Positions 51,109 to 61,071 of a DNA stretch of 64,000 nucleotides are shown here, piece by piece. Numbering within the stretch: the stretch's first letter is position 1; each line of letters begins with the position of its first letter. The DNA is taken from NCBI GenBank assembly GCA_031423635.1, contig JANPFX010000086.1, positions 2,123 to 66,122 on the forward strand, read 5' to 3'. The notes under the pieces were generated by a model that did not search any database, was not told the origin of the DNA, and worked only from the letters and a program-made list of their open reading frames with translations. The DNA comes from Acidimicrobiia bacterium. Lineage in GTDB: Bacteria > Actinomycetota > Acidimicrobiia > Acidimicrobiales > JANYDT01. A program made the translations under genes and the position numbers.

Positions 51109-52607
51109 ACGACAGGGTCCACGACGAGCTCTTCGATCGATTCACCGCACTGACCTTCGACGACGTCGTCGTCGTGCCGGGGTACAGCGAAGTGCTCCCG
51201 GCCGATGTCGACACGTCGGCCACCCTTGCCCGCGGCATCCGCCTTCATGTTCCGGTCATCTCGGCGGCGATGGACCGGGTGACAGAGTCGCGCATGGCGG
51301 TTGCCATGGCGCGCGAAGGTGGGATCGGGGTCATCCACCGCAACCTGGACGCCGAGGATCAGGCTGCCGAGGTGCGGCGGGTGAAGCGCAGCCAGTCGGG
51401 CATGATCACCGACCCCGTGACGGTTGGGCCGTTCGCCACCGTCGCGGAAGCCGAAGGGTTGATGGCGCGCTTCCGGTTCAGTGGGGTGCCGGTCGTCGCG
51501 CCCGATGGCCTGCTGATCGGAATCATCACCAACCGCGACATCCGCTTCCTTGAACCCGGTGACGAGCAGCGGCCCGTCACTGATTTCATGACGTCGGCAG
51601 GGTTGATCACCGCGGCAACAGGCACAACCCTCGATGAGGCGAAGGCATTGCTACGCCGTCACCGCATCGAGAAGCTGCCGCTGGTCGATGACCGCGGCCA
51701 TCTGACCGGGCTCATCACGGTGAAGGACCTCTCCAAACATCGCGACCATCCGCATGCATCGCTCGATGGGCGCGGCCGCCTTCGGGTCGCGGCGGCCGTC
51801 GGGGTAGGCGGAGAGGTCGAGAAGCGCGTCGACGCGCTCGTGCAGGTCGGCGTCGACGCCGTTGCGCTCGACACGGCACACGGGCACTCCAAGGGCGTGA
51901 TCGACACGATCGCCATGATCCGCGGGTCATGGCCCGACCTCGCGATCCTGGCCGGGAACGTTGTCACCTCGGAAGGCGTTGAGGCTCTCGTCCGTGCGGG
52001 CGCCGATGCCGTGAAGGTCGGTGTGGGTGCGGGTTCGATCTGCACGACCCGTGTGGTCGCCGGAGCCGGCATGCCGCAGCTCTCGGCCATCCACGAGGCG
52101 GCGTTGGCCGCGCGCCGCCTCGGTATTCCGCTGATAGCCGATGGCGGCATCACGTACTCGGGCGACGTGGTCAAGGCGATCGCCGCCGGTGCGAACCTGG
52201 TGATGCTCGGGAGCGTGCTGGCCGGAACCGATGAGTCGCCCGGAGAGTTCGAGCTCTACGAGGGCCGCCGCTTCAAGAGCTATCGGGGCATGGGCAGTCT
52301 CGGCGCGTTGAGTGGTCGGGCGAACGACCGCTACGCGACGGGCCAGGGTCGTGGCGAGACCGATACCGGCAAGCTCGTGCCCGAGGGCATCGAGGGTCGG
52401 GTTCCGTATTCGGGATCGCTGGGTGACGTCATGCACCAGATGGTCGGCGGCCTGCGCGCGGGCATGGGGTATGCCGGTGCCGACAATCTCGATGAACTGC
52501 GCCGAGCGCGGCTGATGCGGGTGACCGCGGCTGGTCGCGCCGAGAGCCATCCGCACGATGTGCAAATCACCAAGGAAGCGCCGAACTACAGCCGCGGCGG
52601 GCTGTGA
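51105..52607 (+). CDS. guaB: IMP dehydrogenase with CBS pair
   Basis: [53 protein letters not shown]. Confidence 0.97.
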   Translation: MNDRVHDELFDRFTALTFDDVVVVPGYSEVLPADVDTSATLARGIRLHVPVISAAMDRVTESRMAVAMAREGGIGVIHRNLDAEDQAAEVRRVKRSQSGMITDPVTVGPFATVAEAEGLMARFRFSGVPVVAPDGLLIGIITNRDIRFLEPGDEQRPVTDFMTSAGLITAATGTTLDEAKALLRRHRIEKLPLVDDRGHLTGLITVKDLSKHRDHPHASLDGRGRLRVAAAVGVGGEVEKRVDALVQVGVDAVALDTAHGHSKGVIDTIAMIRGSWPDLAILAGNVVTSEGVEALVRAGADAVKVGVGAGSICTTRVVAGAGMPQLSAIHEAALAARRLGIPLIADGGITYSGDVVKAIAAGANLVMLGSVLAGTDESPGEFELYEGRRFKSYRGMGSLGALSGRANDRYATGQGRGETDTGKLVPEGIEGRVPYSGSLGDVMHQMVGGLRAGMGYAGADNLDELRRARLMRVTAAGRAESHPHDVQITKEAPNYSRGGL

Positions 52608-53104
52608 GCTCGGACGCGCACCCGCTGGTCGGGGTGGCGATGGGTTCGATCTCCGACTGGTCGGTGATGGAGCACGCCGCGCGGACCCTCGATGAGCTCG
52701 GCATATCGTACGAGTGCAAGATAATAAGCGCGCATCGTATGCCGATCGAGATGGCCGACTATGCGACGAGCGCATCGGGTCGCGGCCTTCGGGCGATCAT
52801 CGCCGGTGCCGGGGGCGCCGCGCATTTGCCCGGCATGCTGGCCGCGCACACCCTTGTCCCGATCCTCGGCGTACCGATTCCGGCAACGGCGCTGCAGGGG
52901 ATGGATGCGCTGTTGTCGATCGTCCAGATGCCGGCCGGGGTTCCGGTTGCGACCTTCGCCATCGGCAAAGCCGGCGCAATCAACGCGGCGCTGTTCGCCG
53001 CCGCCGTGCTTGCCGCGGACGACGCCGACGTCGCGGGTCGTCTCGCGGCGCGGCGAGCAGGTTCGCACGACGAGGCGGTTTCGTCGGAGGAGCAGCTGCC
53101 GTGA
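52604..53104 (+). CDS. purE: N5-CAIR mutase
   Basis: [34 protein letters not shown]. Confidence 0.96.
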   Translation: MSSDAHPLVGVAMGSISDWSVMEHAARTLDELGISYECKIISAHRMPIEMADYATSASGRGLRAIIAGAGGAAHLPGMLAAHTLVPILGVPIPATALQGMDALLSIVQMPAGVPVATFAIGKAGAINAALFAAAVLAADDADVAGRLAARRAGSHDEAVSSEEQLP

Positions 53105-53132
53105 CCTCTCGGCACCGCTCATCGGGCTGATC

Positions 53133-54299
53133 GTGGCCGACCACCTGAATCCGCGCACGATCGGTGTCGTGGGCGGCGGTCAACTCGGCCGCATGCTCGC
53201 GCTCGATGCCCGCGCCAACAGCTTTCGTTGCGTGGTGCGCACCGATGAGCTGCCCGGAGGTCCGGCCGCCCAAGTGGCCGACGAGGAATTCGTCGGGTCC
53301 TACGACGACGCCGCGCGCAACGCGGCGTTCGCCGACATGTGCGACGCCATCACGGTCGAGTTCGAGAACCTCCCGACGGCCTTGCTCGATGGCCTCGCCG
53401 AACGGGTTCCGGTCAGGCCCGCGGCGTCATCGGTCACGATCTGCCAGCATCGCCGGCGCGAGAAGGAATTCCTTGCTGCGCACGGTATCCCGTGTGCGCC
53501 GTTCGCCGTCGTGCGGTCGGCCGACGATGTCGTTTCGGCGCTCTCCTCCCTCGGGGGAAGAGCAATCCTCAAGACGGCCGCCTTCGGGTACGACGGACGT
53601 GGCCAGGAACGCCTCGATGCCTCCACCATGTCGCGTCCCGAGATCACCGAGGCTTGGAACGGGCTCTGCGCGGATGAGGCCGTTCTCGAACAGCTCGTCA
53701 CTTTCACCTGCGAGATCTCCGTCGTCGGCGCCCGAGGGGACGATGGCTCGTGGGCCGCCTATCCGCCGGGGGAGAACGTGCACGTCGACGGGATCCTTGA
53801 CCACACGATCGCCCCGGCCCGGGTCTCCGACGATGTCGCCGAGCGGGCAACGTCGCTGGCCCGAACGGTTGCCGAAGGCCTCGGTCACGTCGGTGTGCTC
53901 GGGGTCGAGCTCTTCGTGCTCGCCGACGGTTCACTGGTGGTCAACGAGATGGCGCCACGGCCGCACAACTCCGGCCATCACACGATCGACGCGTGTGAGG
54001 TGAGTCAGTTCGGTCAGCAATGGCGCGCCGCACTCGGGCTGCCACTCGCTGACGCGTCGCAACACACCCCGGCGGTCATGCTGAACCTGCTCGGGGACCT
54101 GTGGTCGAGTGGTGAGCCCGATTGGTCGCTTGCCCTGGCCGACCCGACCGTGCGGCTCCACCTCTACGGAAAGTCCGAACCACGACCGGGACGCAAGATG
54201 GGACATCTGTGCGTGTTGGGACGGCCGAACGAGTCGATGTCAGCGCTGGTACCCCGCGCTCTCGCAGTTCGCCGCCGGCTCGTACCGGTCGGCCGGTAG
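53133..54299 (+). CDS. purK: N5-CAIR synthetase
   Basis: GGGQLGRML, VEFEN, GYDGRGQ, NEMAPRPHNSGH, HLYGKSEPRPGRKMGH. Start approximate (GTG 53133). Confidence 0.94.
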   Translation: MADHLNPRTIGVVGGGQLGRMLALDARANSFRCVVRTDELPGGPAAQVADEEFVGSYDDAARNAAFADMCDAITVEFENLPTALLDGLAERVPVRPAASSVTICQHRRREKEFLAAHGIPCAPFAVVRSADDVVSALSSLGGRAILKTAAFGYDGRGQERLDASTMSRPEITEAWNGLCADEAVLEQLVTFTCEISVVGARGDDGSWAAYPPGENVHVDGILDHTIAPARVSDDVAERATSLARTVAEGLGHVGVLGVELFVLADGSLVVNEMAPRPHNSGHHTIDACEVSQFGQQWRAALGLPLADASQHTPAVMLNLLGDLWSSGEPDWSLALADPTVRLHLYGKSEPRPGRKMGHLCVLGRPNESMSALVPRALAVRRRLVPVGR

Positions 54300-54355
54300 G
54301 GAGCAGCCGGACCGGCATCCGAGACGGGCTGGAGTGCCATCCGACCCCGGGCCGG

Positions 54356-54414
54356 CCCGGCATCCCACTTCGCCCGATTCGGCGTGATTTCTGCGAGGAA
54401 ATGGGGTGTCCGGG
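54356..54414. repeat. Imperfect inverted repeat after purK (possible terminator or REP-like element)
   Basis: CCCGGCATCCCACTTC (54356-54371) versus GAAATGGGGTGTCCGGG (54398-54414); no U-tract. Confidence 0.5.
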
Positions 54415-54496
54415 ATCCGAACTGCCGTCATGCGGGATGGGTGTGCGCTTGCCACGCGGTCCACGAACGCGTCGCGGGCAGCTAGACCGGTCGGTT

Positions 54497-55429
54497 ATGG
54501 AACATGCGATTTCTGCAGTTGCGCTGCAGCGAAGATTCGGTGACGTCGATGCCGTGCACAGTGTCGATCTTCAGGTGGACTCCGGAGCGATCTACGGCTT
54601 CCTCGGCCCGAACGGCGCCGGAAAATCGACCACCGTCAAGATGCTCTGCACACTTCTCTCGCCCACCGGTGGGTCGGCGCAGGTCGCCGGCTTCGATGTG
54701 GCCACGCAGGCGACGGACATCCGGCTTCGCATCGGCGTCGCCCTGCAGTCAAGTGCTCTCGACCCGAAGCAGACCGGACGGGAACTGCTCGACCTGCAGG
54801 GCCGCTACTACGGCCTCAACAAGACCGATCGGGCTCGACGGGTGCAGGAGTTGAGTGATCTGATCGACATCGGCGACGCGCTCGACCGACGGACAGGTAC
54901 CTACTCCGGTGGCATGGCGAGGCGCCTCGACCTGGCCATGGCCCTGGTGCACCAGCCTTCGGTCGTGTTCCTGGACGAGCCGACGACCGGGCTCGACCCA
55001 GCGAGTCGCGCCAGCGTGTGGGAGGAGGTGCGCCGACTCAACGACAACCACGGCGTCACGATCTTCCTCACCACCCAGTATCTCGAGGAGGCCGACGAAT
55101 TGGCCGACCGCGTCGCCATCATCGACGGTGGGCGCATCGTCGCTGAGGGGACACCCGACGAGCTGAAGCGATCGATCGGCTCCGACGTGATCATCGCCAC
55201 CGTTTCGTCGGACATCGATCGGGCCAAGGTGGTTGCGGCCACCGTCGAGTCGTGCGGACCGGTGGAGATCCACGGCCCGGAGCTCACGATCGTCACGGCC
55301 GACGGCGCAGCAGCGATCGGGCCGGTGGCGATCGCCCTTTCCGCCGCCGGAATCACGGTCACCTCGATGACCCTGCGTCGCCCCACGCTCGACGACGTAT
55401 TCCTCGAACTGACCGGAGCCCACCTATGA
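54497..55429 (+). CDS. DrrA-like ABC exporter ATP-binding protein
   Basis: GPNGAGKST, YSGGMARR, FLDEPTTGLDP, TTQYLEEAD, PTLDDVF. Confidence 0.93.
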   Translation: MEHAISAVALQRRFGDVDAVHSVDLQVDSGAIYGFLGPNGAGKSTTVKMLCTLLSPTGGSAQVAGFDVATQATDIRLRIGVALQSSALDPKQTGRELLDLQGRYYGLNKTDRARRVQELSDLIDIGDALDRRTGTYSGGMARRLDLAMALVHQPSVVFLDEPTTGLDPASRASVWEEVRRLNDNHGVTIFLTTQYLEEADELADRVAIIDGGRIVAEGTPDELKRSIGSDVIIATVSSDIDRAKVVAATVESCGPVEIHGPELTIVTADGAAAIGPVAIALSAAGITVTSMTLRRPTLDDVFLELTGAHL

Positions 55430-56223
55430 ACGCGCCCGCACGCCAGCATCTTCTGGCCCGCGAAGCCGGCTTCGCCGCGGACCTCGCCACGGTCGCACGT
55501 CGTTCGCTTCGAGGCATGTTCCGGGACCGCGAAGCCGTGATCCCGCCGCTGATCATCGGTGCGTTCTTCTACGTCGTGAACGTCGGCACCTTGCAGAAGC
55601 TGGGTGAGCAGGCGGCCAACGTAGGCAACTACAAAGCGTTCCAGCTGCCGCCCGCGGTGATCTTCGCAGTGACCGGTCTATCCCGGGCCGGGGCGCTCGT
55701 TGCGGACATCCAGAGCGGCTACTTCGACCGCATGCTGGCCACACCGATCAAGCGGATCACCCTGCTGCTCGGCTTGATGATGGCGGACTTCTTCTTGGCC
55801 ATGGTGCTCACACTGCCGATCATCGCGGTCGCAAGTGCGTTCGGTGTTCGATTCGAAACAGGAATCATCGGCATTGCGATCCTTGCTCTGCTGTGCGGAC
55901 TTTGGGGCCTCGCCTTCACGGGCTTCAGCTACGCCATTGCCTTGAAGACGGCGAACCCGGCTGCGGTCAACTCGGCGTTCCTGATCTTCTTCCCGTTCGC
56001 GTTCATCACCACGACGACGGTGCCGAAGGCCGCCATGACCGGCTGGCTCCAAACCCTGGTGTCGCTGAACCCTGTGACGTATCTGCTGGAAGGTCTGCGC
56101 TCCGTGATCACCGGTGGCTGGTCGACCGACATCTTCGGGGCAGTGTTCGCCATCTCCGGCGTGTTCGCAGTCGGCTTCGGCCTCGCGCTCCTCGCCCTAC
56201 GCGGACGGGTGTCGAAGAAGTAG
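55426..56223 (+). CDS. DrrB-like ABC-2 permease
   Basis: About 6 TM, GYFDRMLATP, NPVTY; ATGA coupling. Confidence 0.9.
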   Translation: MNAPARQHLLAREAGFAADLATVARRSLRGMFRDREAVIPPLIIGAFFYVVNVGTLQKLGEQAANVGNYKAFQLPPAVIFAVTGLSRAGALVADIQSGYFDRMLATPIKRITLLLGLMMADFFLAMVLTLPIIAVASAFGVRFETGIIGIAILALLCGLWGLAFTGFSYAIALKTANPAAVNSAFLIFFPFAFITTTTVPKAAMTGWLQTLVSLNPVTYLLEGLRSVITGGWSTDIFGAVFAISGVFAVGFGLALLALRGRVSKK

Positions 56224-56294
56224 CGACGTTCTTGGCAACGTGACGACGCGTTCTTGGCTCGACGGTTTCTTGTCCCGGAGGGGCGGCCCGGAGT

Positions 56295-57506
56295 TCACGC
56301 TCGGGGCTTGAGCTGGGTCCAGGTGCCGTTGTTCAACGTGTTCGGATCGAGGGTCGGATCGGACACCGCGACGTACTCGCCCTGCTGGTTCACCCAGTAG
56401 GTGTCCCAGCCGAGGGGTAGCTGGACCACGGCCCGATTGACCGGATCGTCGTAACCCTGGACCCCGCCGAGCGTCTCTCGGAAGACCTGGTTCTGCCGGT
56501 CGACCGAGGCCAATCGTTCGTCGAACACCTGCTGCTGCAACGCCTGGCTCTCGGCCCGATTCCGGGCGAGTAATTGGCCGAAGCGAACCGTGTCAGCCAT
56601 CTGCTCCTGTAAGCCTTGATAGAAGAGTTTGGTCACGACCCGATAGTTGGCCTCCCACTCGACCGTTGTCGCTCGGCTTGCGATCACGGTGGACACGAGG
56701 CCTCTCAGTCGGTCGAGTTCGCCGCGCGGCGCCGTGGCTGTCGAGGCGAAGTTGACGAACCACGACACGGGATCCGAGCCGCTCCAGAGCAGAGAGAACG
56801 CCACGTCTTGCTCCCAGGGGACACCATCGACCTGGTACTCGTAGCGGATGCGCCACGCGCCTGCATCGGCGGGTCCCCCGAAGCCACGAATGAACTCCTG
56901 GGCGATGACCGGTTGCTCCTGGACCCCGATCACCGTTGCGTTCTGGAGGTGAGAGAGCGTGTCCGGCATCCAGAACTCCCGCACGAACTGAAGGGGGTCG
57001 GTGATCGGCGGCAAGAAGGACTTGCCTTGGTAGTTGCCGCCGATCGGAACCTCGAATCCCGCGGGTGGCGTGAAGTACATGAAGTTCTGGATGGGCAACC
57101 AGTTGATGGTGAGCCCGGTGAGGGGATCGCGGACCCTCGTCTGAAGAAATGCGAGCCGCGCCCAGAGGGGCAGCCACTGGACCTCCCCCGAGGCTTCCCA
57201 ATCCGATGGCACGAGGAGCGACATGGCGGCGATGCCGTTGCTTGCGGGATCGAAGACGGTGTAGCGCCTGAAGACGACGGCATCGGTAGTTCCGGTCGCG
57301 CTCAAACCCTGCGGCGCGTTGGCAAAATCTGTGGTGCCCGTGCCTGCCGTCGAACCACCGGGATCGATCGTTCCTCCTGCAAAGACGGTTTCGTTGACTC
57401 CTTGGTCGACAGGCGGTGCTGGCGAGCCGCCATCATCGCTTCCACATCCCGACGTGAGTGTCAGAGCGGCAGCTGCGACGGCGAAGGCGGCTATGAGCGG
57501 TCGCAT
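56295..57506 (-). CDS. Lipoprotein of unknown function
   Basis: Signal peptide with lipobox LTSG-C, Gly/Thr linker, aromatic-rich globular region, Gln-rich helical segment. Confidence 0.8.
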   Translation of the reverse strand: MRPLIAAFAVAAAALTLTSGCGSDDGGSPAPPVDQGVNETVFAGGTIDPGGSTAGTGTTDFANAPQGLSATGTTDAVVFRRYTVFDPASNGIAAMSLLVPSDWEASGEVQWLPLWARLAFLQTRVRDPLTGLTINWLPIQNFMYFTPPAGFEVPIGGNYQGKSFLPPITDPLQFVREFWMPDTLSHLQNATVIGVQEQPVIAQEFIRGFGGPADAGAWRIRYEYQVDGVPWEQDVAFSLLWSGSDPVSWFVNFASTATAPRGELDRLRGLVSTVIASRATTVEWEANYRVVTKLFYQGLQEQMADTVRFGQLLARNRAESQALQQQVFDERLASVDRQNQVFRETLGGVQGYDDPVNRAVVQLPLGWDTYWVNQQGEYVAVSDPTLDPNTLNNGTWTQLKPRA

Positions 57507-57661
57507 GCATCAACTCTGCCCGGCGTGAACCACTCCGTCCAGCAGCGCGCCCGCGACCCTCGCGCAAACGCGTAAAGCAAAGATCCCGTGATCCGCCCCT
57601 CGGTGGCTGGCGAATGGTCGGTGGAGGCAACACCGCCCTCGCATTCCACCAAGGAGTTTCC

Positions 57662-58072
57662 ATGAGCAACGTCGCCACTGTGCGGTCCATGTACGAAGCC
57701 TTCGGCCGCGGGGACATCCCCTTCATCATCGATCAGCTCGCCGACGACGTGAAGTGGGAGGACGGGGCGAGCGATCACGGCATTCCGTGGCTCACCCCTG
57801 GTGTGGGCAAGGTACACGTCGCGTCGTTCTTCGGCGAGGTTGCCGGGTTCGAGTTCGAACGCTTCGACATCGAGGCGGTCATGGGAGACGGCAACATCGT
57901 CGTCGCCGTTCTCCAGGTCGACATGACGGTGAAGGCGACGGGTGGACGCTTTGCCGGTCTCGAGATCCACGTCTGGCGATTCGGCACCGATGGAAAGGTG
58001 TCGTCGTTCAATCACGCCCTCGACACCATTGCTCATCTCGCAGTTGCACCGAAGGCGCTGCAGAGGGTCTGA
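57662..58072 (+). CDS. SnoaL-like / NTF2-fold protein
   Basis: VRSMYEAFGRGDI, LADDVKWE, HVWRF; AAGGAG RBS. Confidence 0.88.
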   Translation: MSNVATVRSMYEAFGRGDIPFIIDQLADDVKWEDGASDHGIPWLTPGVGKVHVASFFGEVAGFEFERFDIEAVMGDGNIVVAVLQVDMTVKATGGRFAGLEIHVWRFGTDGKVSSFNHALDTIAHLAVAPKALQRV

Positions 58073-58147
58073 CTCGCTCGGTGTCGAGGATCAGCGTCGA
58101 ATAGCAACGAAGGTCGCGCTTGCGATGGTTCCCGTAGAGTCATTGGC

Positions 58148-59089
58148 ATGGCTCACCCTCGTACGTTTCGGTTCGGCATCATGGCGGGAAAGGCGAAGAC
58201 CGGTGCGGCGTGGACCGAACTTGCCCGCAAGACGGAGGACCTCGGCTACTCGAGCTTGTGCGTGGCCGATCACTTCACCGACGGCTTCGCCCCCACTCCT
58301 GCGCTCGCTGCGGCCGCCGCGGTGACGACGAAGTTGCGCATCGGATCGATGGTTTATGGAGTCGACTTCCGTCATCCGGCGGCGTTGGCCAAGGAGGCCG
58401 CCACGATGGACCTCCTGTCCGACGGCCGCTTCGAGTTGGGCATCGGGGCGGGGTGGATGGATCAGGACTACGAATGGACGGGCATCACCCGTGACTCGCC
58501 CGGCGTGCGCATCGACCGGCTGGCCGAAGCGATCGGCATCATCCGCGGCCTGTGGTCGGGCTCGCCGGTCGAGCACGCGGGAGCGAACTGGACGATCGAC
58601 AAGATGGTCGGCACACCCCGGCCGGTCCAGGCCGGCGGACCGCCGATTCTCTCGGGCGGCGGCGGAAAGCGCATCCTCGAAACGGCCGCGCGCCTCGGCG
58701 ACATCGTGTCGGTCAATCCCAACGTCGGTGCCGGCAAGTTTGACGCCGCTGCGTGGGCCAGCATCGCTGCGGCAGAGACCGACGCGAAGATGGCGATCGT
58801 GAAGCATGCCGCAGGCGAGCGCTATGCCGATCTCGAGATCGCGTTCCTCAACTTCTTCACCAACGTCGCCGACGACACGATGGCTGCCGCGACAACCATC
58901 GGCGGGTATATGGGCGGCGTGCCTCCGGAAGCGGTGCTCGCATCGCCGAACACGCTCGTCGGTTCGGTCGACGCCCTGGTCGACGAGATCCACGCACGCC
59001 GCGAACGCTGGGACGGTTCGTACATGATCGTCACGGCCGACGCCATCGACGCGTTCGCTCCGGTCGTCGCCCGCCTTGCCGGTACCTGA
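58148..59089 (+). CDS. Probable F420-dependent LLM-class oxidoreductase (TIGR03621-like)
   Basis: HPRTFRFG, EDLGYSSLCVADH, DFRHPAALAKEAAT, LSDGRFELGIGAGW, GGGGKRIL; TAGAGT 7 nt before the ATG. Confidence 0.88.
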   Translation: MAHPRTFRFGIMAGKAKTGAAWTELARKTEDLGYSSLCVADHFTDGFAPTPALAAAAAVTTKLRIGSMVYGVDFRHPAALAKEAATMDLLSDGRFELGIGAGWMDQDYEWTGITRDSPGVRIDRLAEAIGIIRGLWSGSPVEHAGANWTIDKMVGTPRPVQAGGPPILSGGGGKRILETAARLGDIVSVNPNVGAGKFDAAAWASIAAAETDAKMAIVKHAAGERYADLEIAFLNFFTNVADDTMAAATTIGGYMGGVPPEAVLASPNTLVGSVDALVDEIHARRERWDGSYMIVTADAIDAFAPVVARLAGT

Positions 59090-59133
59090 GCGATCCGTCG
59101 TCGAGCCGTCGCCTGCACTCGCGTTGGTTGGCG

Positions 59134-59670
59134 CTACGCAACGCCCATTCGTGCTGCTGCCCGGTTCGCCGCCGCCGGGCCGCCTAACTGACGGAGCAGC
59201 AAGAGGCCGTCGATGAGGGCAATCGCCGCCTCTGCTTCGGCCCGGCGCTGCTTCGTCGGCCCCTTCAGGAAGACAACGACCCACTCGACCCATGCCTCGA
59301 GGAGCTGAGGAACAAGCGTTGTGTACGGCGTCCGTCCAGCGACGGCGAGCCCGTTCGCTTCGAAGAACAAGGCAAAGATCGGGTCGGCCTCACTGCGGGC
59401 CAGGACCGGCCATGCGGCTCGGGCCAGCTCGACGTGGGTCGTGGCGGGCTTCGAAAACGCCGCCCCCAACATTGTCTGCAATGACAGACCCATCGACACG
59501 ACGACCTCGCTGATCAGATCATCCTTGCTCGGGAAGTAGTAGACGATCGTCCGGTCGTTGATCCCCAGCCGCTTGGCCAGCCGACCGAACGTCAGCTGGC
59601 TGAGTCCGTCCTCGAACGCAGCAGCGACCGCGCCCTCGAGGATTTCTTCTTTGGTGTGTCGGTGGCCCAT
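59134..59670 (-). CDS. TetR/AcrR family transcriptional regulator
   Basis: EEILEGAV...LTFGRLAKRLGINDRTIVYYFPSKDDL helix-turn-helix. Confidence 0.93.
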   Translation of the reverse strand: MGHRHTKEEILEGAVAAAFEDGLSQLTFGRLAKRLGINDRTIVYYFPSKDDLISEVVVSMGLSLQTMLGAAFSKPATTHVELARAAWPVLARSEADPIFALFFEANGLAVAGRTPYTTLVPQLLEAWVEWVVVFLKGPTKQRRAEAEAAIALIDGLLLLRQLGGPAAANRAAARMGVA

Positions 59671-59682
59671 GTTGTTCTTGAC

Positions 59683-59723
59683 TGTAGTGAATACTACGAA
59701 TACGGTATGCAGTGACCACTACA
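59683..59723. promoter_or_regulatory. Two palindromic operator candidates for the adjacent TetR
   Basis: GTAGT-GAAT-ACTAC (59684-59697) and GCAGT-GACC-ACTAC (59709-59722) in the divergent intergenic region. Confidence 0.7.
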
Positions 59724-59781
59724 ACTAGCGGGCCCCAACCGTGATCTCCACGGTACCCGCCCCGAACCGGAGGAGCACGAC

Positions 59782-60174
59782 GTGCCCGAGACACCGACGG
59801 ACCCATCAGCAATCGTCGAAGCCTTCCTGGCGGCGTTCGTCGCCATGGACTTCGACACAGCGCTCACCTACGTCGCCCCAGACGCTGAGTACACGAACGT
59901 CCCGATGGGAACCGTACGGGGACACGCCGGGGTGCGGCAAGTGCTCGAGCCATTCTTCGCGCCGATCCACGAGAACGAGTTCGTGGTCCTCCGAACAGCG
60001 GCAGCGGGACCGATCGTGTTCATGGAGCGACTCGATCGTCATCGTCTCGACCACGGATGGCGTGAACTCCCGGTCAACAGCGTGTTCGAAGTCCACGATG
60101 GGAAGATCACCGTGTGGCGCGACTACTTCGACCTGCTGACCGCAGGCAAGATCCACGACCCTGCTGCGGCGTGA
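59782..60174 (+). CDS. Limonene-1,2-epoxide hydrolase family protein
   Basis: EYTNVP, MERLD, WRDYFD match the LEH catalytic Y/N/R/D/W/D pattern; GGAGGA RBS. Confidence 0.9.
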   Translation: MPETPTDPSAIVEAFLAAFVAMDFDTALTYVAPDAEYTNVPMGTVRGHAGVRQVLEPFFAPIHENEFVVLRTAAAGPIVFMERLDRHRLDHGWRELPVNSVFEVHDGKITVWRDYFDLLTAGKIHDPAAA

Positions 60175-61028
60175 TGACGGCGCGGCCCGACCTGTGGCCC
60201 GAGCCGAAGCAGGCAACAACGCATCTCGGCACCATCGAGTACCGGGACATCGGGCAGGGGCCGACGATCGTGTTCCTCCACCTTGTGCTCGCCGAGGCGT
60301 CACACTGGGACAGGTTGGTGCCGCTGCTGGCGGACCGTTTCCGCTTGGTCTTTCCGACCTTGCCTATGGGCGCTCATCGCCTTTCGGCCAACGATGACGC
60401 CGATCTTTCGGCGGCCGGCCTCGCCCGCGCCGTCGCTGAGCTTCTCGGTCAACTCGACGTGCGTGATGTGACTCTCGTGGGTAACGACAGCGGGGGCGCC
60501 ATCTCCCAGGTCGTCGCAATGAACCACCCCGAGCGCCTCGGTCGGGTGGTGCTCACCAACTGCGACATGTACGACGACTTTCCACCGAAGATCTTCCGAT
60601 ACTTCAACCTGCTGCCGTACATCCCCGGATCGATGTCGATCACCGCCCGCGCTCTGAAGGTGCGAGCGTTCTGGAGGCTGCCCTTCGTCTTCGGCCGTCT
60701 CACCAACGAGGTCGATGGTGTGAAGATCGACCGCTGGGCCGACGCCATGCTGGCGAGCAAGAAGGTGCGACGCGACGCCAACAAGGTGATCAAGGGCTTC
60801 GGCCCACGCGTCACCAACGAAGCCGCCGCCGCGCTGCGGTCAACCACGCTGCCGTTCCTCGTCGCTTGGGGGGCGGATGACAAGGCGTTCAAACCCGAAC
60901 TCGCGCAACGCTTCTGTGCCGAAGTCCCAACGGCGAAGTTGGTGATGATCGAGAACTGCAAGACGCTCGTCTGCTGGGATCAACCCGAGCGCCTCTCGCA
61001 ACTCATCGCGGAGTTCATCACCGCCTGA
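60174..61028 (+). CDS. Alpha/beta hydrolase with Asp nucleophile elbow (epoxide hydrolase/dehalogenase-like)
   Basis: LVGNDSGG, HPERLGRVVLTNCD, VAWGADD, WDQPE. Confidence 0.88.
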   Translation: MTARPDLWPEPKQATTHLGTIEYRDIGQGPTIVFLHLVLAEASHWDRLVPLLADRFRLVFPTLPMGAHRLSANDDADLSAAGLARAVAELLGQLDVRDVTLVGNDSGGAISQVVAMNHPERLGRVVLTNCDMYDDFPPKIFRYFNLLPYIPGSMSITARALKVRAFWRLPFVFGRLTNEVDGVKIDRWADAMLASKKVRRDANKVIKGFGPRVTNEAAAALRSTTLPFLVAWGADDKAFKPELAQRFCAEVPTAKLVMIENCKTLVCWDQPERLSQLIAEFITA

Positions 61029-61071
61029 TTGCTCCGGTTCGGGGCGGCGCAGCGCGCGCCTCGGACGTGAG

